From NCBI GenBank assembly GCA_963674865.2, contig CAXXYE010000002.1, positions 173,325 to 237,324 of the forward strand: a DNA stretch of 64,000 bases, read 5' to 3'. The position numbers were made by a program, and so were the translations under genes. The notes beneath the pieces are model-generated. The model was not told the DNA's origin. It did no database searches and saw nothing but the letters and a program-made list of their open reading frames with translations. The DNA comes from Candidatus Hydrogenedentota bacterium. GTDB taxonomy: Bacteria > Hydrogenedentota > Hydrogenedentia > Hydrogenedentales > SLHB01. This document shows, piece after piece, positions 47,508-56,901 of this stretch; positions within the stretch are counted from its first letter, which is position 1, and each line of letters opens with the position of its first letter.

Positions 47508-48692
47508 ATGCGTTACGTCGTGCTCGCGCTCCTCTCTGCAGTTTCCCTGAAGGCGGCGGCAACGGAAGGGGTGTTCCTGCCCGGCAACGGGCCCATTCAA
47601 CGCAGTCGTGCCGGCGCCGGCGCCGCAAGCCCTCGTGACGCCTCATGGATGCAACTGAATCCGGCCACGATCACCCGTCTTGAAAGGCGGATAGATGTTG
47701 GGCTGGACGTCCTTCTCTCCGATGTGACATTGGCCCCGGGAGGCGTCATCGGAAATCACTCAGCCGGGGACCTGACGGACGCGCAGTACTTCTTCATACC
47801 GTCCGTCGGCATCATCTGGCCCACGGATGATGCAGTCTTCGGCTTCGGACTCTACGCCCCTTCAGGTATAGGCGTGGATTACGCTGCGTCACGGGACGCC
47901 ATCTCTCACTTCCTCCAGAATAATGCCGACCGCCGCCTCGATTATCGCCACATTCGATTAATAGCGGCTTGCGGACACGAACTGCGCGGAGGCTGGTCTA
48001 TTGGGTTCAACGTGAATGTGAGTCTGTCCCGGTTTCGAACCGATAGCCTTACGCTCAGGCTGGTCCCGACTGAGGGCAGCAATGTGTGGGACGATGCTCT
48101 TGGCGCCGGCTTCTCTCTAGGAATCTACAAAGTATGGGACAGACTGGCTTTCGGCGCCTCATACCAGTCGCGGCAGTGGTCTCAGTCGTTTGACCGCTAT
48201 GCGGACCTTCTCTGTTCTTGCCTGGACTTGCCCCAGTGTGTCCAGCTCGGAGTGGCGTATTCGTTGACCTCTTCCATCGAGATCGCCGCGGACTACAAGT
48301 TCATCGATTGGGATCAGGTGGCTGTTACGGGGAAGGCTCCGCTCGCGGGGGGCTTCGGCTGGGAGGAGCAGCATCTGGCCAAACTGGGACTGGAATGGCG
48401 GTTGAACGAGCGCCTGACAGCGCGCGCGGGCATTTCCCACGGGAATTCTCCCATTTCCGAGGAACACATGTTTCTTAACGCCCTCGTGCCCGTGATCACG
48501 AAAGACGTCTTGGCTGTGGGAGTATCCTGGGCGGTTGACGAGCGCAACGAGGTCCATCTATCGTTTGCCCATGCGTTTGCGGCCACAGTCACGTCGCCTA
48601 GAGAGGGAGGCGTTTTCTCACTTCTGAGTGCCGGAACGTACACTCGACTTGAATATGACGCACTCACAGTAGGCTATTCCCACAAGTTCTGA
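47508..48692 (+). CDS. OmpP1/FadL/TodX-family outer-membrane transporter
   Basis: Signal peptide; G....RAGAG.A...DAS...NPA; amphipathic strands; terminal Phe. Confidence 0.8.
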   Translation: MRYVVLALLSAVSLKAAATEGVFLPGNGPIQRSRAGAGAASPRDASWMQLNPATITRLERRIDVGLDVLLSDVTLAPGGVIGNHSAGDLTDAQYFFIPSVGIIWPTDDAVFGFGLYAPSGIGVDYAASRDAISHFLQNNADRRLDYRHIRLIAACGHELRGGWSIGFNVNVSLSRFRTDSLTLRLVPTEGSNVWDDALGAGFSLGIYKVWDRLAFGASYQSRQWSQSFDRYADLLCSCLDLPQCVQLGVAYSLTSSIEIAADYKFIDWDQVAVTGKAPLAGGFGWEEQHLAKLGLEWRLNERLTARAGISHGNSPISEEHMFLNALVPVITKDVLAVGVSWAVDERNEVHLSFAHAFAATVTSPREGGVFSLLSAGTYTRLEYDALTVGYSHKF

Positions 48693-48706
48693 GGGGAGGA
48701 GAGCAG

Positions 48707-51040
48707 ATGGCCAGTGACGAAGCGGATCATTCGGAAGAAAGACTTGCCGAAGCGCTGGCCAAGGCGTCGTGGATGCGCCGCGACCACTTGGCGGCCAGCG
48801 TTACGGCGCTTGTCGCAATCGCGGTTCTGAACGCCCTCGGGCTGGCACATTCCGACATGGCCGGGATATTCATGGCCGCCGTGTTTGTGTCCTGCCTCAA
48901 CCAACCTTACCCTTTCCTCGTTCGTCGGATCAGGAATGCCGATCTCCTCTTCACTTGGCACCTTGCGTTTGACGTTCTTGCCATCACGGCGGGGCTGCAT
49001 TTTGTGGGCGGGGTGACCGCTCTCACCATGCTCCTCCTGTATCCTCTCGTGCTGATATATGGCGGAGGGCTTCTTAATCGACTAAGGACTTTCGCCCTGG
49101 CCAATTTCGCCGGCGCGGCCTGTGTCGGACTGGTGAGCGCGGAGCACGCCGGTCTTATTGAGGCGGTGGACTCTTTTGACGCGGTCATACCTTCTCAGTC
49201 ACGATTGGCCTGTGTTGTTCTCGCGTGGCCTCTCTTGAACGTTGTCGCGCATTTTGCAGCGGAAATGAGCAATTCTCTGCGTGCCAGGGAGAGCGAAGTG
49301 CGGGCGCGGAACCTGCAACTTCAGGAGGAGATCGCCGAGCGCGAACGCACCGAACAGGCACTGCGTCAGGCCAAGGCGGAGGCGGAGGCGGCGACACGGG
49401 CGAAGGCCGCGTTTCTCGCCAATATGAGCCATGAGATCCGTACGCCGATGAACGGCGTCATCGGCCTTGCGGGATTGCTCTTGGATACGGAGTTGACGCG
49501 CGAGCAACGGGACTATCTGAAGACTCTCACCTCCTCTGCCAACGCGCTTATGGCTATCCTCAACGACATACTTGACTTGTCGAAGATCGAGGCGGGAAAA
49601 CTCGACCTGGAGGTGATTGACTTTGACCTCCGGCTAACCGTGGAGGAGATAAGCGATATTCTTGCCATCAGGGCCCAGGACAAGGGACTTGAGTTTGTTT
49701 GTATGGTCGATCCTGAGGTGCCGTCCTGGGTCAGGGGCGACCCGGGGCGCATCCGCCAGGTGCTGGCGAACCTGATCGGCAATGCGGTGAAGTTCACATC
49801 TCAAGGAGAGATAGTGGTTCGCGTAACCGCCATTGCGGAGACGGAGCAACACGTTACTCTCAGATTTGAGGTGGCGGACACGGGCGTGGGGATAGCGCCG
49901 GACAAGCTTGATTCCGTCTTCGAGGCCTTCAACCAGGCAGATGTCTCCACGACTCGCCAGTATGGCGGCACGGGGCTGGGGCTCAGTATAGTGAGAGAAC
50001 TCGCCGAGATGATGGGGGGGGAGACGGGCGTCGAGAGTGAGTCCGAACAGGGCTCGACATTCTGGTTCACGGCGGTTCTAGAAAGACTCCCGGTTCCCGA
50101 TACGGACGACTTCTCTGAAGACTTGGCGGAGTCACTCAAGAGAACGCGAATCCTGATCGTGGATGACAATGCGACGAACCGGCTCGTTTTGACGAGACTA
50201 CTGGCATCTTGGGGGTGTCGCAGCGATGAGGCGGAGGGGGGCGGCGAGGCTTTGGCCAAGGCCATTGCCGGGGTCGAGGCCGGCGAGCCGTTCCAACTGG
50301 CCCTGGTGGACATGCAGATGCCCGGCATGGACGGGGAAACCTTTGGAAGGAAGGTTTTTGAGCACGACGCGCTACGCGACATGCTGCTTGTCGTCATGAC
50401 TTCGGTCGGTCAGCGGGGCGATGTCGCGCGCCTTGAGGAGATCGGATTCGCCGCCTATCTGACCAAGCCTATCAAGCAGTCCATGCTCTATGACTGTCTA
50501 ATAACGGTTGTGAACAAACGTACGGTTGAGTCGTCGCCGCATCCGCCTCGAATTGTGACGCGGCATAAGGTGGCGGAGGAGAAGAAGCGAAGAACGCGCA
50601 TCTTGCTCGCCGAGGACAATCCCACGAATCAATTGGTGGCTCTGAAGATCCTGGAGAAGCTCGGTTATAGGGCCGATGCCGTTGCCAACGGATTCGAGGT
50701 GCTTCGCGCCCTCGAAGCAGTTCCCTACAACTTGGTGTTGATGGATGTCCAAATGCCGGAATTGGATGGGCTGGAGGCCACCCGGCGCATTCGCGATGCA
50801 TCGTCGCGGGTGCGTGATCACCGGGTGCCCGTGATCGCCATGACGGCCCACGCGATGCAAGGCGATAGGGAGGCCTGTCTGGCGGCCGGTATGGATGATT
50901 ACGTGTCCAAGCCCGTCCGGCCCAAGGAATTACAGGAAGCGATAGAGCGCCAACTTGCCTTGCCGGGCACGGAAGACGGGGCGACGAAAAACGGATCCCG
51001 CGAGGCGGCTTCACATGAGGCTGTCGTCGAGCGTGAATAG
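48707..51040 (+). CDS. Membrane-bound hybrid histidine kinase with two receiver domains
   Basis: FLANMSHEIRTPMN H-box, N/G1/F/G2 boxes, two REC domains (VDMQMP, MDVQMP). Confidence 0.93.
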   Translation: MASDEADHSEERLAEALAKASWMRRDHLAASVTALVAIAVLNALGLAHSDMAGIFMAAVFVSCLNQPYPFLVRRIRNADLLFTWHLAFDVLAITAGLHFVGGVTALTMLLLYPLVLIYGGGLLNRLRTFALANFAGAACVGLVSAEHAGLIEAVDSFDAVIPSQSRLACVVLAWPLLNVVAHFAAEMSNSLRARESEVRARNLQLQEEIAERERTEQALRQAKAEAEAATRAKAAFLANMSHEIRTPMNGVIGLAGLLLDTELTREQRDYLKTLTSSANALMAILNDILDLSKIEAGKLDLEVIDFDLRLTVEEISDILAIRAQDKGLEFVCMVDPEVPSWVRGDPGRIRQVLANLIGNAVKFTSQGEIVVRVTAIAETEQHVTLRFEVADTGVGIAPDKLDSVFEAFNQADVSTTRQYGGTGLGLSIVRELAEMMGGETGVESESEQGSTFWFTAVLERLPVPDTDDFSEDLAESLKRTRILIVDDNATNRLVLTRLLASWGCRSDEAEGGGEALAKAIAGVEAGEPFQLALVDMQMPGMDGETFGRKVFEHDALRDMLLVVMTSVGQRGDVARLEEIGFAAYLTKPIKQSMLYDCLITVVNKRTVESSPHPPRIVTRHKVAEEKKRRTRILLAEDNPTNQLVALKILEKLGYRADAVANGFEVLRALEAVPYNLVLMDVQMPELDGLEATRRIRDASSRVRDHRVPVIAMTAHAMQGDREACLAAGMDDYVSKPVRPKELQEAIERQLALPGTEDGATKNGSREAASHEAVVERE

Positions 51041-51448
51041 CTGCTCGACAAGAACGTATCCGTCTCTGGCAAGGCTTTTGTAGAAGGATCTCACCGGCTG
51101 GCCGGCAATCGTAGATGGCCAGTTCCCCCCTCCGCATTCTGTCCGGCGCATGTGAGCCATTGGTAGCGTGGCGTCTCCGAAATGCCGGTATCCCATTTGT
51201 TTGTCGAGACTTCCAGCAACGGCCCGGTTCGGCAATCAAGGTCGATTCTGACGGCGTTAGCCGGCCATCCGGCCTCAAGAGCCTGATCTTGCCCGACGGG
51301 AATCTGTTCTTGAGGGCGGGCCTGTGGTTTTAGTATACTCGGCGATCTTGATTCTGTCTGTTTTCGCACACCCCCATTGCGTGAGGGTGAAGCCATAACC
51401 GACCGGCGGGTGTCCGCCTCGAGTCACGGAGCAATCGGAGGAACTCAC

Positions 51449-53485
51449 ATGGCAAGTGTCGATGCCAGCAAGGTACGTAACGTAGGAATCCTGGGCCACG
51501 GCGGCACGGGTAAGACAATGCTCATCGAGCACATCCTCCACGCGGCGGGCAAGACCTCGCGCATTGGGACGATTGCCGACGGCAACACGGCCGGCGACTA
51601 CCTGGAAGAGGAGATCGAGCGCCAGCAGACCATCGCGATGAAGCTCATGCACGTTGAATGGAACGGCTCCCGTGTGCACCTGGTGGACCACCCCGGCTAT
51701 GTGGATTTCATTGGCGAGGTGGCCGCATCGGCGCCGGTTCTCGACGGTGTCGTTATCGTCGTGGACGCGACGACGGGCGTGCAGGTCGGCACGGATAACG
51801 CTTTCGGTTACGCCGAGCAGTACAACACGCCCCGGGCCTTCCTTATCAACAAGCTCGATCGAGAGAATACGAACTTCGACGAGGTGGTTGCTCAACTCCA
51901 GAACACCTACGGCAGTCATTGTGTGCCGTTGGTGATACCTGTGGGCCAGTCGAGCCAGTTGTCCGGCGTCGTGAACGTCTTGACGGGCGACAACGCGGAG
52001 GTGGCCGACGAGGTCGAAGCCATCAAGGCGAGCCTGGTTGACGTGGTGGCGGAATCGGATGACGCCCTCCTCGAGAAGTACCTCGAGGAAGGGGAGCTTT
52101 CTCCCGAGGAGTTCAACAGGGGGCTGCAGCAGGGCATCCAAACGGGCAAGATTGTGCCGATTCTCGCGGGAAGCGTCGAGAAAGAGATCGGTATCCAGGA
52201 GATGATGGATGTCGTGGCCAACAGCTTTCCTTCGCCGCTCGACCGCAAGGTGGTCGGCAAGAACGATGCCGGCGAAGATGTGCCTGTCGAAGTCACACCG
52301 GACGGCCCGTTCCTCGCTCAGGTGTTCCGCTCGATTGTTGACCCCTTCGTGGGCCAACTGACCTTGTTCCGGGTGTTTTCCGGTACGCTGCGTTCGGACA
52401 CGGAGTTCTACAACGTGACGCGCCGCACCAAAGAGCGCACCGGCAAGCTCTTCATGCTTAACGGCAAGGAGCAAACTCAGGTAAAGGAAGTGGGCCCGGG
52501 CGACTTGGCCGCCATGACCAAGCTCAAGAACACGCATTTTAACGACACGTTGGGCACTCCGAATACGGACTTCCAGTTGCCGGCCATCGAGCTGCCACAG
52601 TCGATGGTGAAGCTGGCGATCGAGCCGAAATCGCGCGCCGACGAGGACAAGATTGGTGAGGCGCTCAACCGCATCGCCGAGGAAGATCCCACCTTCGCGC
52701 ACTATCGCGACGCCGAGACGAACGAGCACGTGATCAAGGGGATGGGCGATCTGCAGCTCGATATTCTCATGGAGCGCATGAAGCGGAAGTACAATGTCGA
52801 GGCCGAGACGAAGACGCCGAAGGTGTCGTATAAGGAGACGGTGCGCGGCAAGTCGGATGTTCAGGGCAAACACAAGAAACAGACGGGCGGCCATGGCCAA
52901 TACGGCGACGTCCACCTGCGGATCTCGCCAAACGAGCGCGGCGCCGGCTATGAGTTTGTCGACAGTATCGTCGGCGGCGTGGTGCCGAAGCAGTACATTC
53001 CGCACGTGGACAAGGGCTGCCAGGACGCCTTGTCCAGGGGGGTGATCGCCGGCTATCCGGTTGTTGACATCATCGTGGAACTGCACTTCGGTTCGTACCA
53101 CGACGTCGATTCGTCGGAAATGGCCTTCAAGCAGGCGGCATCGATCGCCATTAAGAAGGGCGTCAAGGAGGCCAGGCCCTGCCTGCTGGAGCCGATCATG
53201 GAGATCGCGGTAACCGTCCCGGATGAGTTCATGGGCGATATCACCGGCGACCTCAACAGCCGCCGCGGCCGTATTCTAGGCATGGAGCCTGCAGGCGGCG
53301 GGCGTCAGTGCATCCGGGCAACCGTGCCCGAAGGGGATGTGCTGCGGTACTCGACGGATCTCCGCAGCATGACGGGCGGACGCGGGAGCTATCAGCTCAA
53401 ATTCGCCAACTACGAGGAAGTACCGGAGCACGTCGCCCAGGGCCTTATCGCTGAGTACGAAAAGGCGCGGGAAAAGGGCGAGTAA
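51449..53485 (+). CDS. fusA: Elongation factor G paralog (EF-G2-like)
   Basis: GHGGTGKT, DHPGYVDF, NKLD, GMGDLQL, KKQTGGHGQYG, HDVDSSEMAF; stand-alone, not in an str operon. Confidence 0.9.
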   Translation: MASVDASKVRNVGILGHGGTGKTMLIEHILHAAGKTSRIGTIADGNTAGDYLEEEIERQQTIAMKLMHVEWNGSRVHLVDHPGYVDFIGEVAASAPVLDGVVIVVDATTGVQVGTDNAFGYAEQYNTPRAFLINKLDRENTNFDEVVAQLQNTYGSHCVPLVIPVGQSSQLSGVVNVLTGDNAEVADEVEAIKASLVDVVAESDDALLEKYLEEGELSPEEFNRGLQQGIQTGKIVPILAGSVEKEIGIQEMMDVVANSFPSPLDRKVVGKNDAGEDVPVEVTPDGPFLAQVFRSIVDPFVGQLTLFRVFSGTLRSDTEFYNVTRRTKERTGKLFMLNGKEQTQVKEVGPGDLAAMTKLKNTHFNDTLGTPNTDFQLPAIELPQSMVKLAIEPKSRADEDKIGEALNRIAEEDPTFAHYRDAETNEHVIKGMGDLQLDILMERMKRKYNVEAETKTPKVSYKETVRGKSDVQGKHKKQTGGHGQYGDVHLRISPNERGAGYEFVDSIVGGVVPKQYIPHVDKGCQDALSRGVIAGYPVVDIIVELHFGSYHDVDSSEMAFKQAASIAIKKGVKEARPCLLEPIMEIAVTVPDEFMGDITGDLNSRRGRILGMEPAGGGRQCIRATVPEGDVLRYSTDLRSMTGGRGSYQLKFANYEEVPEHVAQGLIAEYEKAREKGE

Positions 53486-53512
53486 CGCCCCGCCACATAG
53501 CACGTTTCTTAC

Positions 53513-53542
53513 AGGCCCGGCCTTTAAGGCCGGGCCTTTTTT
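53513..53542 (+). terminator. Intrinsic terminator
   Basis: aggcccggcctt-ta-aaggccgggcct-like stem followed by a T-run. Confidence 0.85.
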
Positions 53543-53565
53543 CTGCGAGTATGGCTCTAACTTAT

Positions 53566-53973
53566 TGACTCACGCTGATGGCGTCTCATTCTTGCCGCGA
53601 AAAGCGGGGACAGAGGAGCCGTTGAAAAAGTCCTGCGTTGCTGCACGCAGGCCGCGAAGGGACCTGGGACAGTCCCGTCTGCGTCCGCCTACGGCGGACT
53701 ACGCTTGGAAAGTGGAGCCGTTGAAAAAGTCCGGAGCTGCCGCACGCAGGCCGCGAAAGGACCTGGGACAGTCCCGTCTGCGTCCGCCTACGGCGGACTC
53801 CGCTTGGGACAGTCCCGGTGTTTCGCTCAACCTCTGTGGCGAATGCGACTTCTTCAACAGCGCCACAGACACGTCTTCGCTTCGCTCCGCTTGTGTCAGT
53901 CCCGGTTTTTCGCTTCTTCTTGGCCCCTTTTCATCTGCAGATAAGCAACGTCAGTCATGAGTCAGAACACTAG
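53566..53973. mobile_element. MITE-like composite repeat, copy 1
   Basis: Ends tgactcacgctga... and ...tcagtcatgagtcagaacactag; internal duplicated unit with gttgaaaaagtc and gggacagtccc; homologous to 62018-62248. Confidence 0.7.
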
Positions 53974-54036
53974 CGGGTTTTACCTCCTTTCTGTCGCGTG
54001 ATATTCTTGCTGAGCAACAGGCATGGGAGGGATGGC

Positions 54037-55023
54037 ATGGGCAAGGGTTTGAGTGAAGGCGACTATATTGTGGGGATCGACATTGGCGGCACGAAGATGA
54101 TGGCCGCCGTGCTGGACCACAAATTCAAGATTGTTGGGCGGTGCAGGAAGAAGAGCCGCTCGTCCAAGGGCGATGAGAAAACGGAGGATCGCTTGACGCG
54201 CGTCGTGAAGACGGCGATCGAAGAGTCGGGCGTGTCTGCCGTGGCCGGCATCGGTGTGGGATCGCCGGGCCCGCTCGATCCCGAGACGGGCGTGATTATC
54301 GATACGCCTAACCTCGCCTGGAAGGATTTTCCGCTTGCCAAACACCTGTCGGACGCCTTCGGCGTGCCGGTGGCCGTGGATAATGACGTCAACATGGGCA
54401 CCTACGGCGAGTGGCACTTCGGCAAGGTGAAGGACTGCCAAAACGTCGTGGGCATTTTCCCGGGGACGGGCATTGGCGGCGGGCTGATTATCAACGGTTC
54501 CATGTTCCGCGGCGCTACGGGCGCGGCGGGCGAGGTCGGGCATACGACGGTGGAGGTGGATGGCCCCTACTGCGGGTGCGGCAAGCGAGGCTGCCTCGAA
54601 GCCGTGGCCTCGCGCATCGCCATCGCTTCGCAGGTGGCGGCGTTGGCGGCGCGCGACGATGCGCCTTATATCCTGGAAAACACCGGCACCGATGTGAGCA
54701 AGATCCGCAGCGGCGTTTTGGCCAAGGCCATCACGGCGGGGGATACGATGGTCGAGGGGGTCGTGCGGAAGGCCGCGTATTACGTGGGCATTGCCGTGGC
54801 GAATCTGATCAATATCCTCAGCCCCGATGCCGTCGTGCTTGGCGGCGGCCTGGTGGAGGCCATGGAAGAACTCTACATGAGCGAAGTGGAGCGGGCGGTG
54901 AAGGAACACGCCATGCCGTTCTTACGGAAGGGCGTGAAGATCGTGCCGGCGAAGCTGGGCGATGACGCGGTGCTGTTGGGCGCGGCAAAGCTGATCGCGG
55001 AGCGGTTGGAGTCGGCGGCATGA
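54037..55023 (+). CDS. ROK-family sugar kinase (glucokinase-like)
   Basis: GIDIGGTK, GSPG, DNDVN, GTGIGGG, GEVGH, CGCGKRGCLEA. Confidence 0.92.
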   Translation: MGKGLSEGDYIVGIDIGGTKMMAAVLDHKFKIVGRCRKKSRSSKGDEKTEDRLTRVVKTAIEESGVSAVAGIGVGSPGPLDPETGVIIDTPNLAWKDFPLAKHLSDAFGVPVAVDNDVNMGTYGEWHFGKVKDCQNVVGIFPGTGIGGGLIINGSMFRGATGAAGEVGHTTVEVDGPYCGCGKRGCLEAVASRIAIASQVAALAARDDAPYILENTGTDVSKIRSGVLAKAITAGDTMVEGVVRKAAYYVGIAVANLINILSPDAVVLGGGLVEAMEELYMSEVERAVKEHAMPFLRKGVKIVPAKLGDDAVLLGAAKLIAERLESAA

Positions 55024-56177
55024 GTATCCGTCTTGGCATTGCAGGCTGCGCGCGGGGCCGGGGATTTCTGAAGGGATTGCAAGGAGCCGGATTCGAGGTC
55101 GTTGCGGCGATGGATCCGGCCGAGGAAGCGCTGAATCGCTTGTCCGATGAGGCCGGCGTCGGCCCCGAGTGCAGATACACACACTACGAGGATCTACTCG
55201 CGCACGGCCTGGACGCGGTGCTGCTTTCGTCGCCGATGCCGAACCACGCGCCGCAGGCCATCCTGGCGCTCGATAATGGCGTCCACGTCCTGTCCGAGGT
55301 GCCGGCGGCCGTCAGCATCGATCAGTGCCGCCGGCTGCGTGACGCCGCCCGAGCCTCGAAGGCCGCGTACATGATGGCGGAGAACTATACGTACCGGAAG
55401 CCGTGCCAACTGGTGAAGGCGATGGCGCGCGCGGGCGTGTTTGGCGAGCTTTACTACGCCGAGGGCCAATACCTGCACGACTGCCGGAAGATGAATGTCG
55501 CCGCTGATGGCTCGCTCACGTGGCGGAAGCGATGGCAGATGGATCAGCGGGGCGTCACGTATCCGACGCACTCGATCGGGCCGGTTCTGCAATGGATGGA
55601 TGATCGCGTCGTCTCGCTCTCGGCGCGCGGGACGGGCAGTCACACGGATGACAGGTTCGAGGGCGATGATACGGCGGCGATGCTGTGCCGCACGTCGCGC
55701 GGGGGCGTCGTGGAGATCCGCACCGACCTGCGGTCAAACCGGCCGCACGCGATGACGTACTACCTGCTTCAGGGGACAGAGGGCGCCTATGAGGCGGCGC
55801 GCGGCTTCGGGGACAAGGACAAGATCTTCCTCACCGATCGGCACGAGAAAGTGGAATGGCATGGGCTCTCTGAGCTTGAGGAGGAGTTCCTGCCGGAGAT
55901 GTGGCGAACGCACGGGGCCGCCGCCGAGTTAGCAGGCCATGGCGGCGGGGACTTCCTTCAAATGCTGGATTTCGCGGCGGCGTGTCGCGGCGAGGCTACT
56001 GCCATCGACATCTACACGGCGCTGGATTGGACGCTGCCGGGGCTCGTGTCGGCCTTGAGCGTGGCGGCGGACGGCGCCTCGCTCACCGTGCCGGATCCGC
56101 GCACGGCCGAACTCGACGATGCAGCCGACGACGAACGCCGCGAAGGGCGTTTCGACTGGTTCACGGAGAGCGCATAG
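55020..56177 (+). CDS. Gfo/Idh/MocA-family oxidoreductase
   Basis: Rossmann-like N-terminus, HVLSEVPA, MAENY, YPTHS, GHGGGD. Confidence 0.88.
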   Translation: MSIRLGIAGCARGRGFLKGLQGAGFEVVAAMDPAEEALNRLSDEAGVGPECRYTHYEDLLAHGLDAVLLSSPMPNHAPQAILALDNGVHVLSEVPAAVSIDQCRRLRDAARASKAAYMMAENYTYRKPCQLVKAMARAGVFGELYYAEGQYLHDCRKMNVAADGSLTWRKRWQMDQRGVTYPTHSIGPVLQWMDDRVVSLSARGTGSHTDDRFEGDDTAAMLCRTSRGGVVEIRTDLRSNRPHAMTYYLLQGTEGAYEAARGFGDKDKIFLTDRHEKVEWHGLSELEEEFLPEMWRTHGAAAELAGHGGGDFLQMLDFAAACRGEATAIDIYTALDWTLPGLVSALSVAADGASLTVPDPRTAELDDAADDERREGRFDWFTESA

Positions 56178-56292
56178 AGGGACGTCCGGCGTGTTGAACT
56201 TGCAGGGCGAAGGGGACTTAGCTAGAATGCCGACGTTTCACTGCGGCGAGCAGCCGTGAAGGGGTCGAATGAAACCTGGCGAGGAAAGGGGC

Positions 56293-56874
56293 ATGACTGC
56301 TAAAGCGCTCTCCTGGGTCCTTTGCCTTATGCTGGTCACGGGGTCCGCCGTTGCCGGTGAGAACCAGCGCAGGGGAGACAAGAAGAGCATCTTTGATGCG
56401 GTGGTAGGCTTTTTCCCGAAGATCGGGGGGGCCTTGAGCAAGGGGCGGACGGTCGGCCAAGGACAGAACGACCACGCGATTCCGGGGCGGAAGGAGTTCG
56501 AGAACTTCGACCGGCAAGATCCCGGCTTCCAGTCCTGGTTGAAGCGCAAGGAAGAAGAGCGCCGGCGCAAGGCCGAGCAAAGGCAGCGCGAGCGTGAAGC
56601 TCGCAAAGCCTATTCCAACAAGGGCGGCAGCCAGTACACGATTGTGCCGGAACGCGCCAAGGGGGACAATCAACTCCAGCAGATTCTCGACGGCTTCAAG
56701 AACAAGGATACGAGCGGGACTTCCACGCCGGGAGGGACCATCTCGGCCTGGAAAGAGGAGAAGCCGGTCTCCGGCGCCAATGAGAACAAGAAGAGCACGG
56801 AGAAGCGCAGAGAGGGAAGTAAGAGCGGAAAACAGGATTGGCTCGGGGAACTGCTGAAAAGCAAGGGCAAGTAG
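56293..56874 (+). CDS. Hypothetical exported Lys/Arg-rich protein
   Basis: Signal peptide ...GSAVA-G; directly upstream of the FGE-domain gene. Confidence 0.55.
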   Translation: MTAKALSWVLCLMLVTGSAVAGENQRRGDKKSIFDAVVGFFPKIGGALSKGRTVGQGQNDHAIPGRKEFENFDRQDPGFQSWLKRKEEERRRKAEQRQREREARKAYSNKGGSQYTIVPERAKGDNQLQQILDGFKNKDTSGTSTPGGTISAWKEEKPVSGANENKKSTEKRREGSKSGKQDWLGELLKSKGK

Positions 56875-56901
56875 TCTGGGCATGACGGAAAGGAAGGGGA
56901 A

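Noticed and set aside
51275..53101. 608-aa minus-strand ORF
   Set aside because: Antisense shadow of the EF-G gene, typical of high-GC codon bias.
53566..53973. CRISPR array, or the ORFs 53565-53960 and 61981-62235 as real genes
   Set aside because: Only two internal units with near-identical 'spacers'; the ORFs are translations of a dispersed repeat.
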